DNA of 28,870 bases, taken from an uncultured Eubacteriales bacterium (GTDB taxonomy: Bacteria; Bacillota; Clostridia; TANB77; CAG-508). Each line of letters begins with the position of its first letter. Position 1 is the first letter of the stretch. The stretch lies in contig CACWHO010000002.1 of the NCBI GenBank assembly GCA_902760765.1, positions 1-28,870 of the forward strand. The letters run 5' to 3'. Shown here in pieces: positions 9,085-17,607 of the stretch. Made by a program: the position numbers and the translations under genes. A model generated the notes under the pieces. That model did not search any database and was not told where the DNA came from. It saw only the letters and a program-made list of their open reading frames with translations.

Positions 9085-9101
9085 TGTTACAATAATGTAA
9101 A
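9085..9101 (+). promoter_or_regulatory. Candidate WalR/YycF-type direct-repeat box
   Basis: TGTTAC-AATAA-TGTAAA matches the Bacillus/Staphylococcus WalR consensus TGTWAH-N5-TGTWAH, 18 nt upstream of the predicted -35 of the walR-like gene. Confidence 0.45.
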
Positions 9102-9119
9102 AAAATTAACAAATAGTAC

Positions 9120-9148
9120 TTGAATAATAAAAAAATGTATGATATAAG
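9120..9148 (+). promoter_or_regulatory. Sigma-A promoter for the walR-like gene
   Basis: TTGAAT (9120-9125), 17 nt, TATAAG (9143-9148) with an extended -10 TG at 9140-9141. Confidence 0.5.
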
Positions 9149-9194
9149 TATATTATAAAATTAAAGCTAAAGCTTTAGAAAGGCGGAGTTTTTA

Positions 9195-9941
9195 GTGGAA
9201 GAGAATATTGTAGAAAATGATGCAAAAAAAGTATTAGTTGTTGATGATGAACAAGCAATTAGAGATGTACTTGTTTATAATTTGAAAAAAGAGGGATATG
9301 ATGTTATTGAAGCAGCTGATGGAATTACAGCAGTTAATATGGCTTTGGAAGAAAAACCTGACTTAATGTTACTAGATATAATGTTGCCAAAACTAGATGG
9401 ATTATCAGTATGTAAAAGAGTTAAAAATCAATTAAATATTCCAATTTTAATGCTAACAGCAAAAGATGCAGAAATAGATAAAATAGTTGGACTTGAATTA
9501 GGCGCTGATGATTATATTACAAAACCATTCAGTGTTAGAGAATTAATGGCTAGAGTTAAAGCAAATCTTAGAAAAATGGATATGATGAACTCTAAATCTG
9601 ATGATATTTCAGGCCAAGGAGACAAGAAAAATGAAAGAATTATTAAGATAAATGATTTGGAATTAGACCTAGATAGATTTGAGACTAAAGTAAGAGGAGA
9701 AGTTGTTGATTTAACTTTAAGAGAGTTTGAAGTTTTAAAATTCCTTGCAACTCAACCAGGTCAAGTTACAACAAGGGAAACATTACTTGAAAAAGTTTGG
9801 GGATATGAGTATTATGGGGATATTAGAACAGTTGATGTAACAGTTAGAAGAATAAGAGAAAAAATTGAAAAAGATACTTCAAACCCAAAGATATTAATTA
9901 CAAAAAGAGGAGTTGGCTATTATATAGCATCAAATAAATAA
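9195..9941 (+). CDS. walR: OmpR-family response regulator, WalR/YycF-like, no adjacent kinase
   Basis: Receiver motifs VVDDE, LLDIMLP, LGADDYITKPF; winged-helix end RTVDVTVRRIREKIE...KRGVGY typical of WalR. GTG start. Confidence 0.8.
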   Translation: MEENIVENDAKKVLVVDDEQAIRDVLVYNLKKEGYDVIEAADGITAVNMALEEKPDLMLLDIMLPKLDGLSVCKRVKNQLNIPILMLTAKDAEIDKIVGLELGADDYITKPFSVRELMARVKANLRKMDMMNSKSDDISGQGDKKNERIIKINDLELDLDRFETKVRGEVVDLTLREFEVLKFLATQPGQVTTRETLLEKVWGYEYYGDIRTVDVTVRRIREKIEKDTSNPKILITKRGVGYYIASNK

Positions 9942-9944
9942 AGT

Positions 9945-9976
9945 AAAATATGGAGGTTTTTATCTCCATATTTTTT
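9945..9976 (+). terminator. Rho-independent terminator after walR
   Basis: AAAATATGGAG (9945-9955) pairs with CTCCATATTTT (9964-9974), followed by a T run. Confidence 0.85.
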
Positions 9977-10035
9977 ATATAATCGAAAAATGTCAAATTT
10001 TGCGGTCAAAAGTTTATTATTTTTTTAAAATAATA

Positions 10036-10064
10036 TTGACATGAACAAAAGATGATATTATAAT
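10036..10064 (+). promoter_or_regulatory. Perfect consensus sigma-A promoter with no downstream sense gene
   Basis: TTGACA (10036-10041), exactly 17 nt, TATAAT (10059-10064), with an AT-rich upstream segment. Confidence 0.7.
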
Positions 10065-10099
10065 CAAAACAAATTTTATTCAAAAATATTAATTCAAAA

Positions 10100-10148
10100 T
10101 TATTCCAATAAAAAATTGGAATAAAATCAAATCCTTTATTCCAATTTT
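10100..10148 (-). terminator. Terminator of the PBP gene, built from three copies of a 10-mer
   Basis: TTATTCCAAT (10100-10109), ATTGGAATAA (10115-10124), TTATTCCAAT (10136-10145). The 14-bp stem 10112-10125/10135-10148 is followed by a U-tract on the minus strand, 4 nt past the PBP stop. Confidence 0.75.
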
Positions 10149-10152
10149 ATAA

Positions 10153-12381
10153 TTATTTTAATGTAACTTTTACAACGGTGCCAGCATCTACACTTGAACC
10201 TTTTGGTGGGTCTTGTGAAACTACAGTGCCTTTACCTTCAACACTTATATTTAAATTTGAATTTCGCAATTCAGTTGTGGCTTGGTACTTACCTTTTCCT
10301 GTTAAATCTGGAACAGTTGTTGTAACTCTTGAATCTTGGTCATATAGCATAATAATTGAATTTTTACTAAGTGTTGCACCAGGTTTTGGAACTTGGTCAA
10401 CTACAAGAGTAGCATTTTTGTCATTTTCTGTTGTTATTTTTGTAGTAAAGCCTTTATCTTTTAAAACTTTTTCAGCCTCTGTTATTGTTTTATTTCTAAC
10501 TTCAGGAACTGTAATTAAATCTTCATCATCTGTATTGTCAGCATCTGATGGAATTCCTAAATATGGTAAAATCTCAGATAGCATTTGTGATACAACAGGA
10601 CCTGCAAGTGTTCCACCTTGGTGATTACTTACAGGTGGTTTATATAAATTCAATAATAATACAACTTGAGTATCTTCAACAGGAGAAATTGCACAATATG
10701 TTGCAACATAACCGTTTTCAGGATGGTTTGGATTTGGTTCAGAAGTACCTGTTTTGCCTCCAACAGAATAGCCTGTTACTGCACCTCTAAATCCTGTACC
10801 ATTTTCAACAACTGAATACATCATTTCTTTCATTTCTTTAGCTGTTTCAGAAGATAATACTTGGCGAACTTCTTGTGTATCAATATTTGTAACTGCACCA
10901 GTATCAGTATTTGTAATTGACTTTACAATTCTTGGTTTCATTAAAACACCATCATTTGCAATTGCAGATATTGCTGTAATCATTTGAATAGGGGTTATAC
11001 TAAAACGTTGACCAAATGAATATGTTGCTCTTTCAATTGGTTTTACATCATTTTCATCCAAGAAAATTGATGATGCTTCACCATTTAAATCGATTCCAGT
11101 TTTATCAAAGAAACCGAAAGCTTTGTAATATTTATATAATGTGGATGTACCAATTCTTGCACCAAGTTGCATTAATGCAGGGTTGCAAGAATGTTCAAGC
11201 GCTTGTGTCAAAGTCTGTGAGCCATGAGAACCATCTGTTTTCCAGCAATTAATTCTTCTAACGCCATTAACAATTTCATAACCAGGGCAATTGAAATCAC
11301 CCTTAATGTTTGGCTTAGTTATATTTTCTTCTAATGCAGCTGATGCTGTTATTAATTTAAATACAGAGCCTGGTTCATATAACTCAGAAACAGATTTGTT
11401 TGACCACATTTTATAAATTGCATTTGCTTTTTCTTCGCTAGATAATGAATTATATGTTTTTGCAACTGTTTCATTTGGGGTAAATGGTTCATTTAAGTTA
11501 TAACTAGGGTAAGTTGCCATTGCTAAAATATCACCAGTTTTTGGGTTCATAACAATACAATCCCCACCATGTTCAATATTATTATTGTCAACAGCCTGTT
11601 TTAGATATTTTTCAACAATAGATTGAATGTAAAAATCTACTGTTAGTGTTAAGTCACTTCCATTTTCTGCAGGAATATAACTTTTTTCAGAATTTGGAAT
11701 TTCCGAACCACTAGAAGCTTTTGAACTTACAATTTTTCCAGGAGTACCTGATAATGTTGAATCCCAATAATTTTCGATTCCTGATAGACCTTGATTATCA
11801 CTTCCACAAGCACCTATAACTTGTGATAAAACACTTCCATTTGGATAATATCTTTTTGTATCTTCATCAATGTTTATTCCACTGGAAATTTCATTATCTT
11901 TTAACCATTTTTTTAATTCTTCAACTTTATCTTGTTCAACTTTTTTTGCGATAGTTTCAACTTGAGAACTACTATTAACCTTTTCTAGTGTTTCATTATA
12001 ATCTAGACTAAATAAATCAGAAAATTCTTTTGCAAGTTTTTCTTTCAATGCTGGAGTATCTTCAGATTTTTTGGCTTTGATATTTTCTGGGTTAATTGTA
12101 ATTGTGTCAACTGTTGCACTAGTGGCTAAAACCTTACCTGTTGAATCATATATTGAGCCTCTTTTAGGACTGATAATTTGATTTATTGATTGTTGGTTAA
12201 ATGCTCTTTCTTTTAAATAAGAACCTTCAACAAATTGTAAATAGGCAATTCTACCAATTAATAAAGCGAATGAAATAACAATTACAATAAATATTATACC
12301 TATTTTACGTATGTAATTTGAATTTTTTTTGATATTAATAATTTTTGAAGATTTTTTACTTTTTGTATTTTTTTTATTCAA
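10153..12381 (-). CDS. Class B penicillin-binding protein (FtsI/SpoVD family) with two C-terminal PASTA domains
   Basis: N-terminal membrane anchor, PKRGSIYD dimerisation motif, transpeptidase motifs SVFK, SCN and KTGT, two PASTA repeats (VPEVRNKT..., VPDLTGK...). ORF-track start is 12417; TTG at 12381 after GAGTGGTGA is more likely. Confidence 0.9.
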   Translation of the reverse strand: MNKKNTKSKKSSKIINIKKNSNYIRKIGIIFIVIVISFALLIGRIAYLQFVEGSYLKERAFNQQSINQIISPKRGSIYDSTGKVLATSATVDTITINPENIKAKKSEDTPALKEKLAKEFSDLFSLDYNETLEKVNSSSQVETIAKKVEQDKVEELKKWLKDNEISSGINIDEDTKRYYPNGSVLSQVIGACGSDNQGLSGIENYWDSTLSGTPGKIVSSKASSGSEIPNSEKSYIPAENGSDLTLTVDFYIQSIVEKYLKQAVDNNNIEHGGDCIVMNPKTGDILAMATYPSYNLNEPFTPNETVAKTYNSLSSEEKANAIYKMWSNKSVSELYEPGSVFKLITASAALEENITKPNIKGDFNCPGYEIVNGVRRINCWKTDGSHGSQTLTQALEHSCNPALMQLGARIGTSTLYKYYKAFGFFDKTGIDLNGEASSIFLDENDVKPIERATYSFGQRFSITPIQMITAISAIANDGVLMKPRIVKSITNTDTGAVTNIDTQEVRQVLSSETAKEMKEMMYSVVENGTGFRGAVTGYSVGGKTGTSEPNPNHPENGYVATYCAISPVEDTQVVLLLNLYKPPVSNHQGGTLAGPVVSQMLSEILPYLGIPSDADNTDDEDLITVPEVRNKTITEAEKVLKDKGFTTKITTENDKNATLVVDQVPKPGATLSKNSIIMLYDQDSRVTTTVPDLTGKGKYQATTELRNSNLNISVEGKGTVVSQDPPKGSSVDAGTVVKVTLK

Positions 12382-12418
12382 TATCTTCACCACTCTTTTG
12401 TTTAATTTATTTGACAAT

Positions 12419-12447
12419 ATTTTATATTAAAGAATAAGAAAAATCAA
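12419..12447 (-). promoter_or_regulatory. Sigma-A promoter for the PBP gene
   Basis: On the minus strand: TTGATT, 17 nt, TAAAAT. Confidence 0.5.
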
Positions 12448-12476
12448 TATTTAATTTTTAAAAAGGAAGGACAAAT

Positions 12477-14015
12477 ATGTTTTCAAATATAAAAACAATT
12501 TCATTAAATGGGATAAACGGAAATTTAATTGAAGTACAGACAGATATTTCAAGAGGATTACCAAACTTTGAAATAGTTGGCTTAGCAGATAAAAGTGTAA
12601 AAGAATCTAAAGAAAGAATAGAATCTGCAATAAAAAATACAAAAATAGAATTTCCAACCAGAAAAATAATAATAAATTTAGCACCCGCAAATATAAGAAA
12701 AGAAGGTACAAGTTACGACCTTCCAATTGCTATTGGAATATTAAAAGCAATGGGACTGATTAAAAATGATAAATTAGAAAATACAATTTTTATTGGAGAA
12801 TTGTCATTAGATGGAAACTTAAATCATGTAAATGGAGTATTGCCAATGTGCATTGAAGCATCAAAGCTTGGCATAAAAAGGGTAATCTTACCAAAATTAA
12901 ATGCAATAGAAGGTGCTGTTATAAAAAATATTGAAATAATAGGAACACAGAATTTATATGAGACAATTAATTACTTAAATGGTAATATAAAAATAGAAAA
13001 TACAAAATTCAATATTCAAAAAAATATAAATAATTTTAATAACATTAATGCAGATTTTGCTGATGTAAAAGGTCAAGAAAATGTAAAAAGAGCATTAGAA
13101 ATTGCAGCTGCAGGTGGTCATAATTGTATTTTGATTGGACCACCTGGAGCAGGAAAGACAATGCTAGCACAAAGAGTTTCTGGCATACTTCCTGATTTAA
13201 CGTTTGAAGAAGCAATAGAAGTCACGCAAATTCATAGTGTTGCAGGAATTTTAGATAGCAACACAGGTATTGTTTTAAATAGACCATTTAGAAGTCCACA
13301 TCATACTGCAACTATAAAGTCAATGATTGGTGGTGGACTAATTGCAAAACCAGGAGAGATAAGCCTTGCACATAATGGAGTTTTATTTTTAGATGAATTA
13401 ACTGAATTTAAAAAAGAGGTTTTAGAGGTTTTAAGAGAACCATTAGAAGATGGAAAAATTACGATATCAAGATTATATTCAAAAGTAGAGTTTCAGGCTA
13501 ATTTTATGTTAGTGGCAAGTATGAATCCATGCCCATGTGGCTATTATGGAAGCAATTTGAAAACTTGTAATTGTACACAAAATGCTATAAAAAAATACCT
13601 AAGCAAAATTAGTGGACCATTATTAGATAGAATTGATATTCAGGTAAATGTAAAACCATCAAAATTTGAAAAATTAGTTCAGAAGGAAAAGGGTGAAACA
13701 TCTGCACAAATAAAAAAGAGGGTAAATAAAGCAAGAAGAATTCAATATTTGAGATATAAAGACTATAATATATTTTCAAATTCACAATTAACACCTAAAT
13801 TAATAGAAAAATTTTGTAAATTGGATAATGAAGAAGAAAAAATATTAGAAGTTGCATTTAATAAATTTAGATTAACCACAAGAACATATGCAAAAATATT
13901 AAAAGTTGCAAGGACCATTGCTGATTTAGATGAAAAAGAAAACATTGAGATAAAGCACTTATTAGAGGCAATACAGTATAGAAATTTAGATAGAACAATT
14001 GGTGATTTAAAATGA
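12477..14015 (+). CDS. comM: YifB/ComM-family Mg-chelatase-like AAA+ ATPase
   Basis: IVGLADKSVKES, NLAPANIRKEG, Walker A GPPGAGKT, HNGVLFLDE, MNPCPCG, SGPLLDRIDI. Confidence 0.93.
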   Translation: MFSNIKTISLNGINGNLIEVQTDISRGLPNFEIVGLADKSVKESKERIESAIKNTKIEFPTRKIIINLAPANIRKEGTSYDLPIAIGILKAMGLIKNDKLENTIFIGELSLDGNLNHVNGVLPMCIEASKLGIKRVILPKLNAIEGAVIKNIEIIGTQNLYETINYLNGNIKIENTKFNIQKNINNFNNINADFADVKGQENVKRALEIAAAGGHNCILIGPPGAGKTMLAQRVSGILPDLTFEEAIEVTQIHSVAGILDSNTGIVLNRPFRSPHHTATIKSMIGGGLIAKPGEISLAHNGVLFLDELTEFKKEVLEVLREPLEDGKITISRLYSKVEFQANFMLVASMNPCPCGYYGSNLKTCNCTQNAIKKYLSKISGPLLDRIDIQVNVKPSKFEKLVQKEKGETSAQIKKRVNKARRIQYLRYKDYNIFSNSQLTPKLIEKFCKLDNEEEKILEVAFNKFRLTTRTYAKILKVARTIADLDEKENIEIKHLLEAIQYRNLDRTIGDLK

Positions 14016-14866
14016 AAATAAATATAGAAAACGAAATATATCCTAAAGAACTAAGAAAAATAAAGAATCCTCCAAAAACACTAAATTTAATTGGTAACAT
14101 TGAATTATTAAAAACAAATGGAATTGCAGTTATTGGCTCTAGAAATTGTAGTAAATATGGCGAAAAAATGGCAAAGAAATTTGTAGAAGATTTAACCTGC
14201 TATAATTTAACAATAATAAGTGGTATGGCAAAAGGCATTGATTACATAGCACATGAAAGTTGTCTAAATTTAAATGGAAAAACAATTGCAGTTTTACCAT
14301 CAGGACTTAATAAGATATATCCTGAAGAGAACAAATTAATATTCCATAGAATTATTGAACAAGGAGGATTAGTAATAAGTGAGTATGACGAAAATACACA
14401 GGCAGACTCAAATAAATTCTTGGAAAGAAATAGAATTATAAGTGGACTTTCAATTGGAATATTAGTTGTAGAAGGAGGATATAGAAGCGGTACAAGTGTT
14501 ACAGCAAAAATTGGGGAAGAACAGGGTAAAAAAATATTTTGTGTTCCATCAAGTTTAGAAAACAGAAAAGGAATAACACCAAATAATCTAATAAAAAATG
14601 GAGCACAGCTTGTGACGTCTGCAGAAGACATTATAGAGAAATATGAAAAATTAAATTTAATAAAAATAGAAAAGAAAAGAGAAATATTTGTTGAGCCAGA
14701 ATATCAAGAAATTTTTAATATACTTAATACCATAGAAAAAATACATATAAATGAATTGACTAAAAAATTAAAAACAAATATAAAAGACATTTCTTCAAAA
14801 CTTATGATGCTAGAATTAAATGGCAAAATAGAAGAATTGCCCGGAAATTATTATAAAAGGATTTGA
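14012..14866 (+). CDS. dprA: DNA-processing protein DprA
   Basis: AVIGSR, ISGMAKGID, FLERNRIISG, SGTSVTA and a C-terminal winged helix (LMMLELNG); ATGA overlap with comM. Confidence 0.95.
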   Translation: MKINIENEIYPKELRKIKNPPKTLNLIGNIELLKTNGIAVIGSRNCSKYGEKMAKKFVEDLTCYNLTIISGMAKGIDYIAHESCLNLNGKTIAVLPSGLNKIYPEENKLIFHRIIEQGGLVISEYDENTQADSNKFLERNRIISGLSIGILVVEGGYRSGTSVTAKIGEEQGKKIFCVPSSLENRKGITPNNLIKNGAQLVTSAEDIIEKYEKLNLIKIEKKREIFVEPEYQEIFNILNTIEKIHINELTKKLKTNIKDISSKLMMLELNGKIEELPGNYYKRI

Positions 14867-14870
14867 AAAT

Positions 14871-15227
14871 ATGAATAAATACAATAAATTTTTAGGACAA
14901 ATTGGTGAAAATGTAGCATGTGAATACCTAAAAAGAAGAGGTTATAAAATATTACAAAGAAATTTCTCTTGTAAAAATGGGGAAATTGATATTATTTCAT
15001 ATAAAGATAAAAAAATAATTTTTATTGAAGTTAAAACAAGAACAAATTTAAAATATGGTAAACCAGTAGAAGCAATAGATAATGCTAAAAAAATACATAT
15101 CTATAATACTGCAAAATATTTTTTATATAAAAATAATTGTTTAGATAAAGAAATTAGATTTGATGCTATAGAAGTAATAATAAAAAATAAACAAGTATTT
15201 ATTAACCAAATAAAGCAAATATTATAA
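14871..15227 (+). CDS. yraN: YraN (UPF0102) PD-(D/E)XK nuclease family protein
   Basis: GQIGENVACEYL, GEIDII, FIEVKTR, IRFDAIEV. Confidence 0.93.
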   Translation: MNKYNKFLGQIGENVACEYLKRRGYKILQRNFSCKNGEIDIISYKDKKIIFIEVKTRTNLKYGKPVEAIDNAKKIHIYNTAKYFLYKNNCLDKEIRFDAIEVIIKNKQVFINQIKQIL

Positions 15228-15296
15228 AGTTATTAGATAATGGTTATGCTTTTTATAGTTTGTAATGCTGTGATATAAAATAATTGCATTATTAAG

Positions 15297-15325
15297 TTGA
15301 AAAAATAATTCTAAATTGCTATAAT
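15297..15325 (+). promoter_or_regulatory. Sigma-A promoter for rsmA
   Basis: TTGAAA, 17 nt, TATAAT with extended -10 (TGCTATAAT). Confidence 0.65.
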
Positions 15326-15353
15326 AAAATAAATTTTGAAAAGGAAAAAGTTT

Positions 15354-16208
15354 ATGAGTAGTATTTTAGAAGAAACAAAATTTATAATGAAAAAATATAA
15401 TATAAGAGCAAGTAAACGACTTGGACAAAATTTCTTAATTGATGAAAATGTTGTAGAAACAATAGTTGATTGTAGCAATATTAATGAAGAAGATTTAGTT
15501 ATTGAAATTGGACCTGGACTTGGTACTTTAACAAGTAAATTAGTTGAGAAAGCTGGAAAGGTTATTTGCATTGAACTTGATAGCAAAATGATTACAATCT
15601 TAAAGGATAGATTTTTATTATATAAAAATTTTGAAGTAATAAATGATGATGTTTTAAAAGTTGATTTAAAAAGTTTAATAAAAGAAGAAAAAGCAAATGG
15701 CAAAATAAAAAAAGCAAAAATAGTTGCAAATTTACCATATTATATAACAACACCAATTATTATGAAATTATTGGAAGAAGAATTAGATTTAGAAAGTATA
15801 ACAATAATGATTCAAAAAGAAGTTGCAGATAGATTGGTTGCAATACCAGGAGATAAAAATACTGGAGCAATAACATATACAGTTTATTATTATGCATCAT
15901 CAGAAAAAATACTTGAAGTGCCAAATACCTCATTTATACCTGAACCAGAAGTTACATCTGAAGTAATAAAATTGAATATAAGGAAAGAGCCAGTAGTTAA
16001 AACACAAAATAAAGAAAAATTATTTAAAATAATAAAATGTGCTTTTATGCAAAAAAGGAAGACACTAGTAAATTCACTTTATAATGCAAAGATTTTACAA
16101 GATAAAAAACAGGGAATAGAAATTTTAAAAAAACTTAATATTGATGAAAATGTTAGACCTGAAGAACTTACAATAGAACAATTTGAAAATATTTCAAAAA
16201 ATCTCTAA
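15354..16208 (+). CDS. rsmA: 16S rRNA (A1518/A1519) dimethyltransferase RsmA/KsgA
   Basis: KRLGQNFL, EIGPGLG, ANLPYYITTP, MIQKEVADR, RPEEL. ATG 15354 follows AAGGA (ORF-track start 15336). Confidence 0.96.
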   Translation: MSSILEETKFIMKKYNIRASKRLGQNFLIDENVVETIVDCSNINEEDLVIEIGPGLGTLTSKLVEKAGKVICIELDSKMITILKDRFLLYKNFEVINDDVLKVDLKSLIKEEKANGKIKKAKIVANLPYYITTPIIMKLLEEELDLESITIMIQKEVADRLVAIPGDKNTGAITYTVYYYASSEKILEVPNTSFIPEPEVTSEVIKLNIRKEPVVKTQNKEKLFKIIKCAFMQKRKTLVNSLYNAKILQDKKQGIEILKKLNIDENVRPEELTIEQFENISKNL

Positions 16209-16214
16209 TAATCA

Positions 16215-16243
16215 TTTAAATATTTCAGGAGATATGGTATAAT
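16215..16243 (+). promoter_or_regulatory. Sigma-A promoter for the first sortase
   Basis: TTTAAA, 17 nt, TATAAT with extended -10 (TGGTATAAT). Confidence 0.5.
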
Positions 16244-16274
16244 AAAGTTGGTATATTATTGTAAGGAGGAGGAA

Positions 16275-17036
16275 ATGAATCAAATATTAATTTCTGAAAA
16301 AGTATATGTTACACCAGAATTAAAAAAGAAGAAAAAAGCATATAAATTTCATTTTGTTTTATCTATTCTTTTCGTATTTGCTTTAATTTCTTTCTACTTA
16401 TATACAGAATATGATAAAAATAAAGGAGTTGAAGCTTCAGAACAAATCTTTGAAGAAATGAACCAAACTTTAGCGGAAAATAAAGATAAAACAACAGCAA
16501 ATGAAGATATTCTTATGGTTGTGTTAGATGGAACAGAAGAAGACATAGAGCAAGTACAGCAACCACAAGAGGATGTACAACAACTAAATAAAAATGCTGA
16601 AATAGAGTCAAGCCCAAATGGATATCAATATAAAAGAATTGCAACTATAAGTATTCCAAAAATAAATGTGAACCTTGTTGTATTACAAGGAGTTACTGGG
16701 TCTAAAGAGGAAACAGCAGATTTATTAAAAATTTCTCCTGTAAAAATTCATGGATATGACCCAAACGAAGTTGGAAACTTTTGCATTGCTGGACATAATT
16801 ATAGAAATACAAAATTCTTTAGCAAAGTGCCAACACTTGTAGTTGGAGATACAGTTAAATTAACAGATTTGTCTGGTAGAACATTAACATATAGTGTTTA
16901 TGACAAACATAATGTAGACCCTAAAGACGTAAGAGATACAACACAATTAACAGGAGGAAAAAAAGAGCTAACATTAATTACATGTACAGATGATAACTCT
17001 AAAAGAGTTATTGTAAGGTGCAGAGAGGTAAAGTAA
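16275..17036 (+). CDS. Sortase (class D-like)
   Basis: N-terminal membrane segment; ISIPKI, IAGHNY (His), TLITC (Cys) and downstream Arg (KRVIV). ATG 16275 follows AAGGAGGAGG (ORF-track start 16248). Confidence 0.88.
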   Translation: MNQILISEKVYVTPELKKKKKAYKFHFVLSILFVFALISFYLYTEYDKNKGVEASEQIFEEMNQTLAENKDKTTANEDILMVVLDGTEEDIEQVQQPQEDVQQLNKNAEIESSPNGYQYKRIATISIPKINVNLVVLQGVTGSKEETADLLKISPVKIHGYDPNEVGNFCIAGHNYRNTKFFSKVPTLVVGDTVKLTDLSGRTLTYSVYDKHNVDPKDVRDTTQLTGGKKELTLITCTDDNSKRVIVRCREVK

Positions 17037-17052
17037 AAAAATTTATATAAAT

Positions 17053-17091
17053 AAACCCAAAATGTTATAAAAAATTTAACATTTTGGGTTT
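17053..17091. terminator. Bidirectional terminator between the sortase and the XRE gene
   Basis: AAACCCAAAATGTTA / TAACATTTTGGGTTT 15-bp perfect stem between convergent genes. Confidence 0.85.
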
Positions 17092-17111
17092 TAATACATA
17101 ATAAATTTTTT

Positions 17112-17450
17112 TTATTTTTCATCGATATCTGATTCGGCAATTGTTTTAGCTACTTTATATATTAACTTTTGTTTTTCAGGAGATACACTTTTTATTAAAT
17201 CTGTAAATTCTTTGTCCAAGTAATTTTCAGAATTACTAGAAGCACCATTTAGTAAATATCCTTCAGAAACATCTAATAAAGAACAAATTTGATTTAATCT
17301 TTTTAAATTTATATGTGAACTTCCTCTTTCAACTCTACTTAAAAAAGCAACTGAAATATCAATTTGGTCAGCCAAATCTTCTTGAGTCATATTTTTTGCA
17401 AGCCTAGCTTGTTTTATTCTTGAACCTATAACACTATAATCTAATGCCAT
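17112..17450 (-). CDS. XRE/Cro-C1 family helix-turn-helix transcriptional regulator
   Basis: IGSRIKQARLAKNMTQEDLADQIDISVAFLSRVERG. ATG 17450 follows GGAAGGTGA (ORF-track start 17459). Confidence 0.9.
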   Translation of the reverse strand: MALDYSVIGSRIKQARLAKNMTQEDLADQIDISVAFLSRVERGSSHINLKRLNQICSLLDVSEGYLLNGASSNSENYLDKEFTDLIKSVSPEKQKLIYKVAKTIAESDIDEK

Positions 17451-17474
17451 ATAAATCACCTTCCTAATATTGAT

Positions 17475-17503
17475 AATATACCATTTAACTTATAAGTTTT
17501 GAA
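17475..17503 (-). promoter_or_regulatory. XRE gene promoter with a palindromic operator candidate
   Basis: Minus strand TTCAAA, 17 nt, TATATT with extended TG; perfect palindrome AACTTATAAGTT (17487-17498) lies essentially in the spacer. Confidence 0.5.
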
Positions 17504-17541
17504 GAAACTAAAAAATAAAAATTAACTGATAGATTTAAATA

Positions 17542-17570
17542 TTGCAAAATTTGATTAAATGGTGTATAAT
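17542..17570 (+). promoter_or_regulatory. Sigma-A promoter for the 17608 gene
   Basis: TTGCAA, 17 nt, TATAAT. Confidence 0.6.
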
Positions 17571-17607
17571 AATGGCGTTTACATTAATACATTATATGGG
17601 AGTATGA

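Noticed and set aside
10153-12381. Naming the PBP spoVD
   Set aside because: SpoVD and FtsI-like PBPs cannot be separated by eye, and the upstream motif is sigma-A-like rather than sigma-E-like; symbol left empty.
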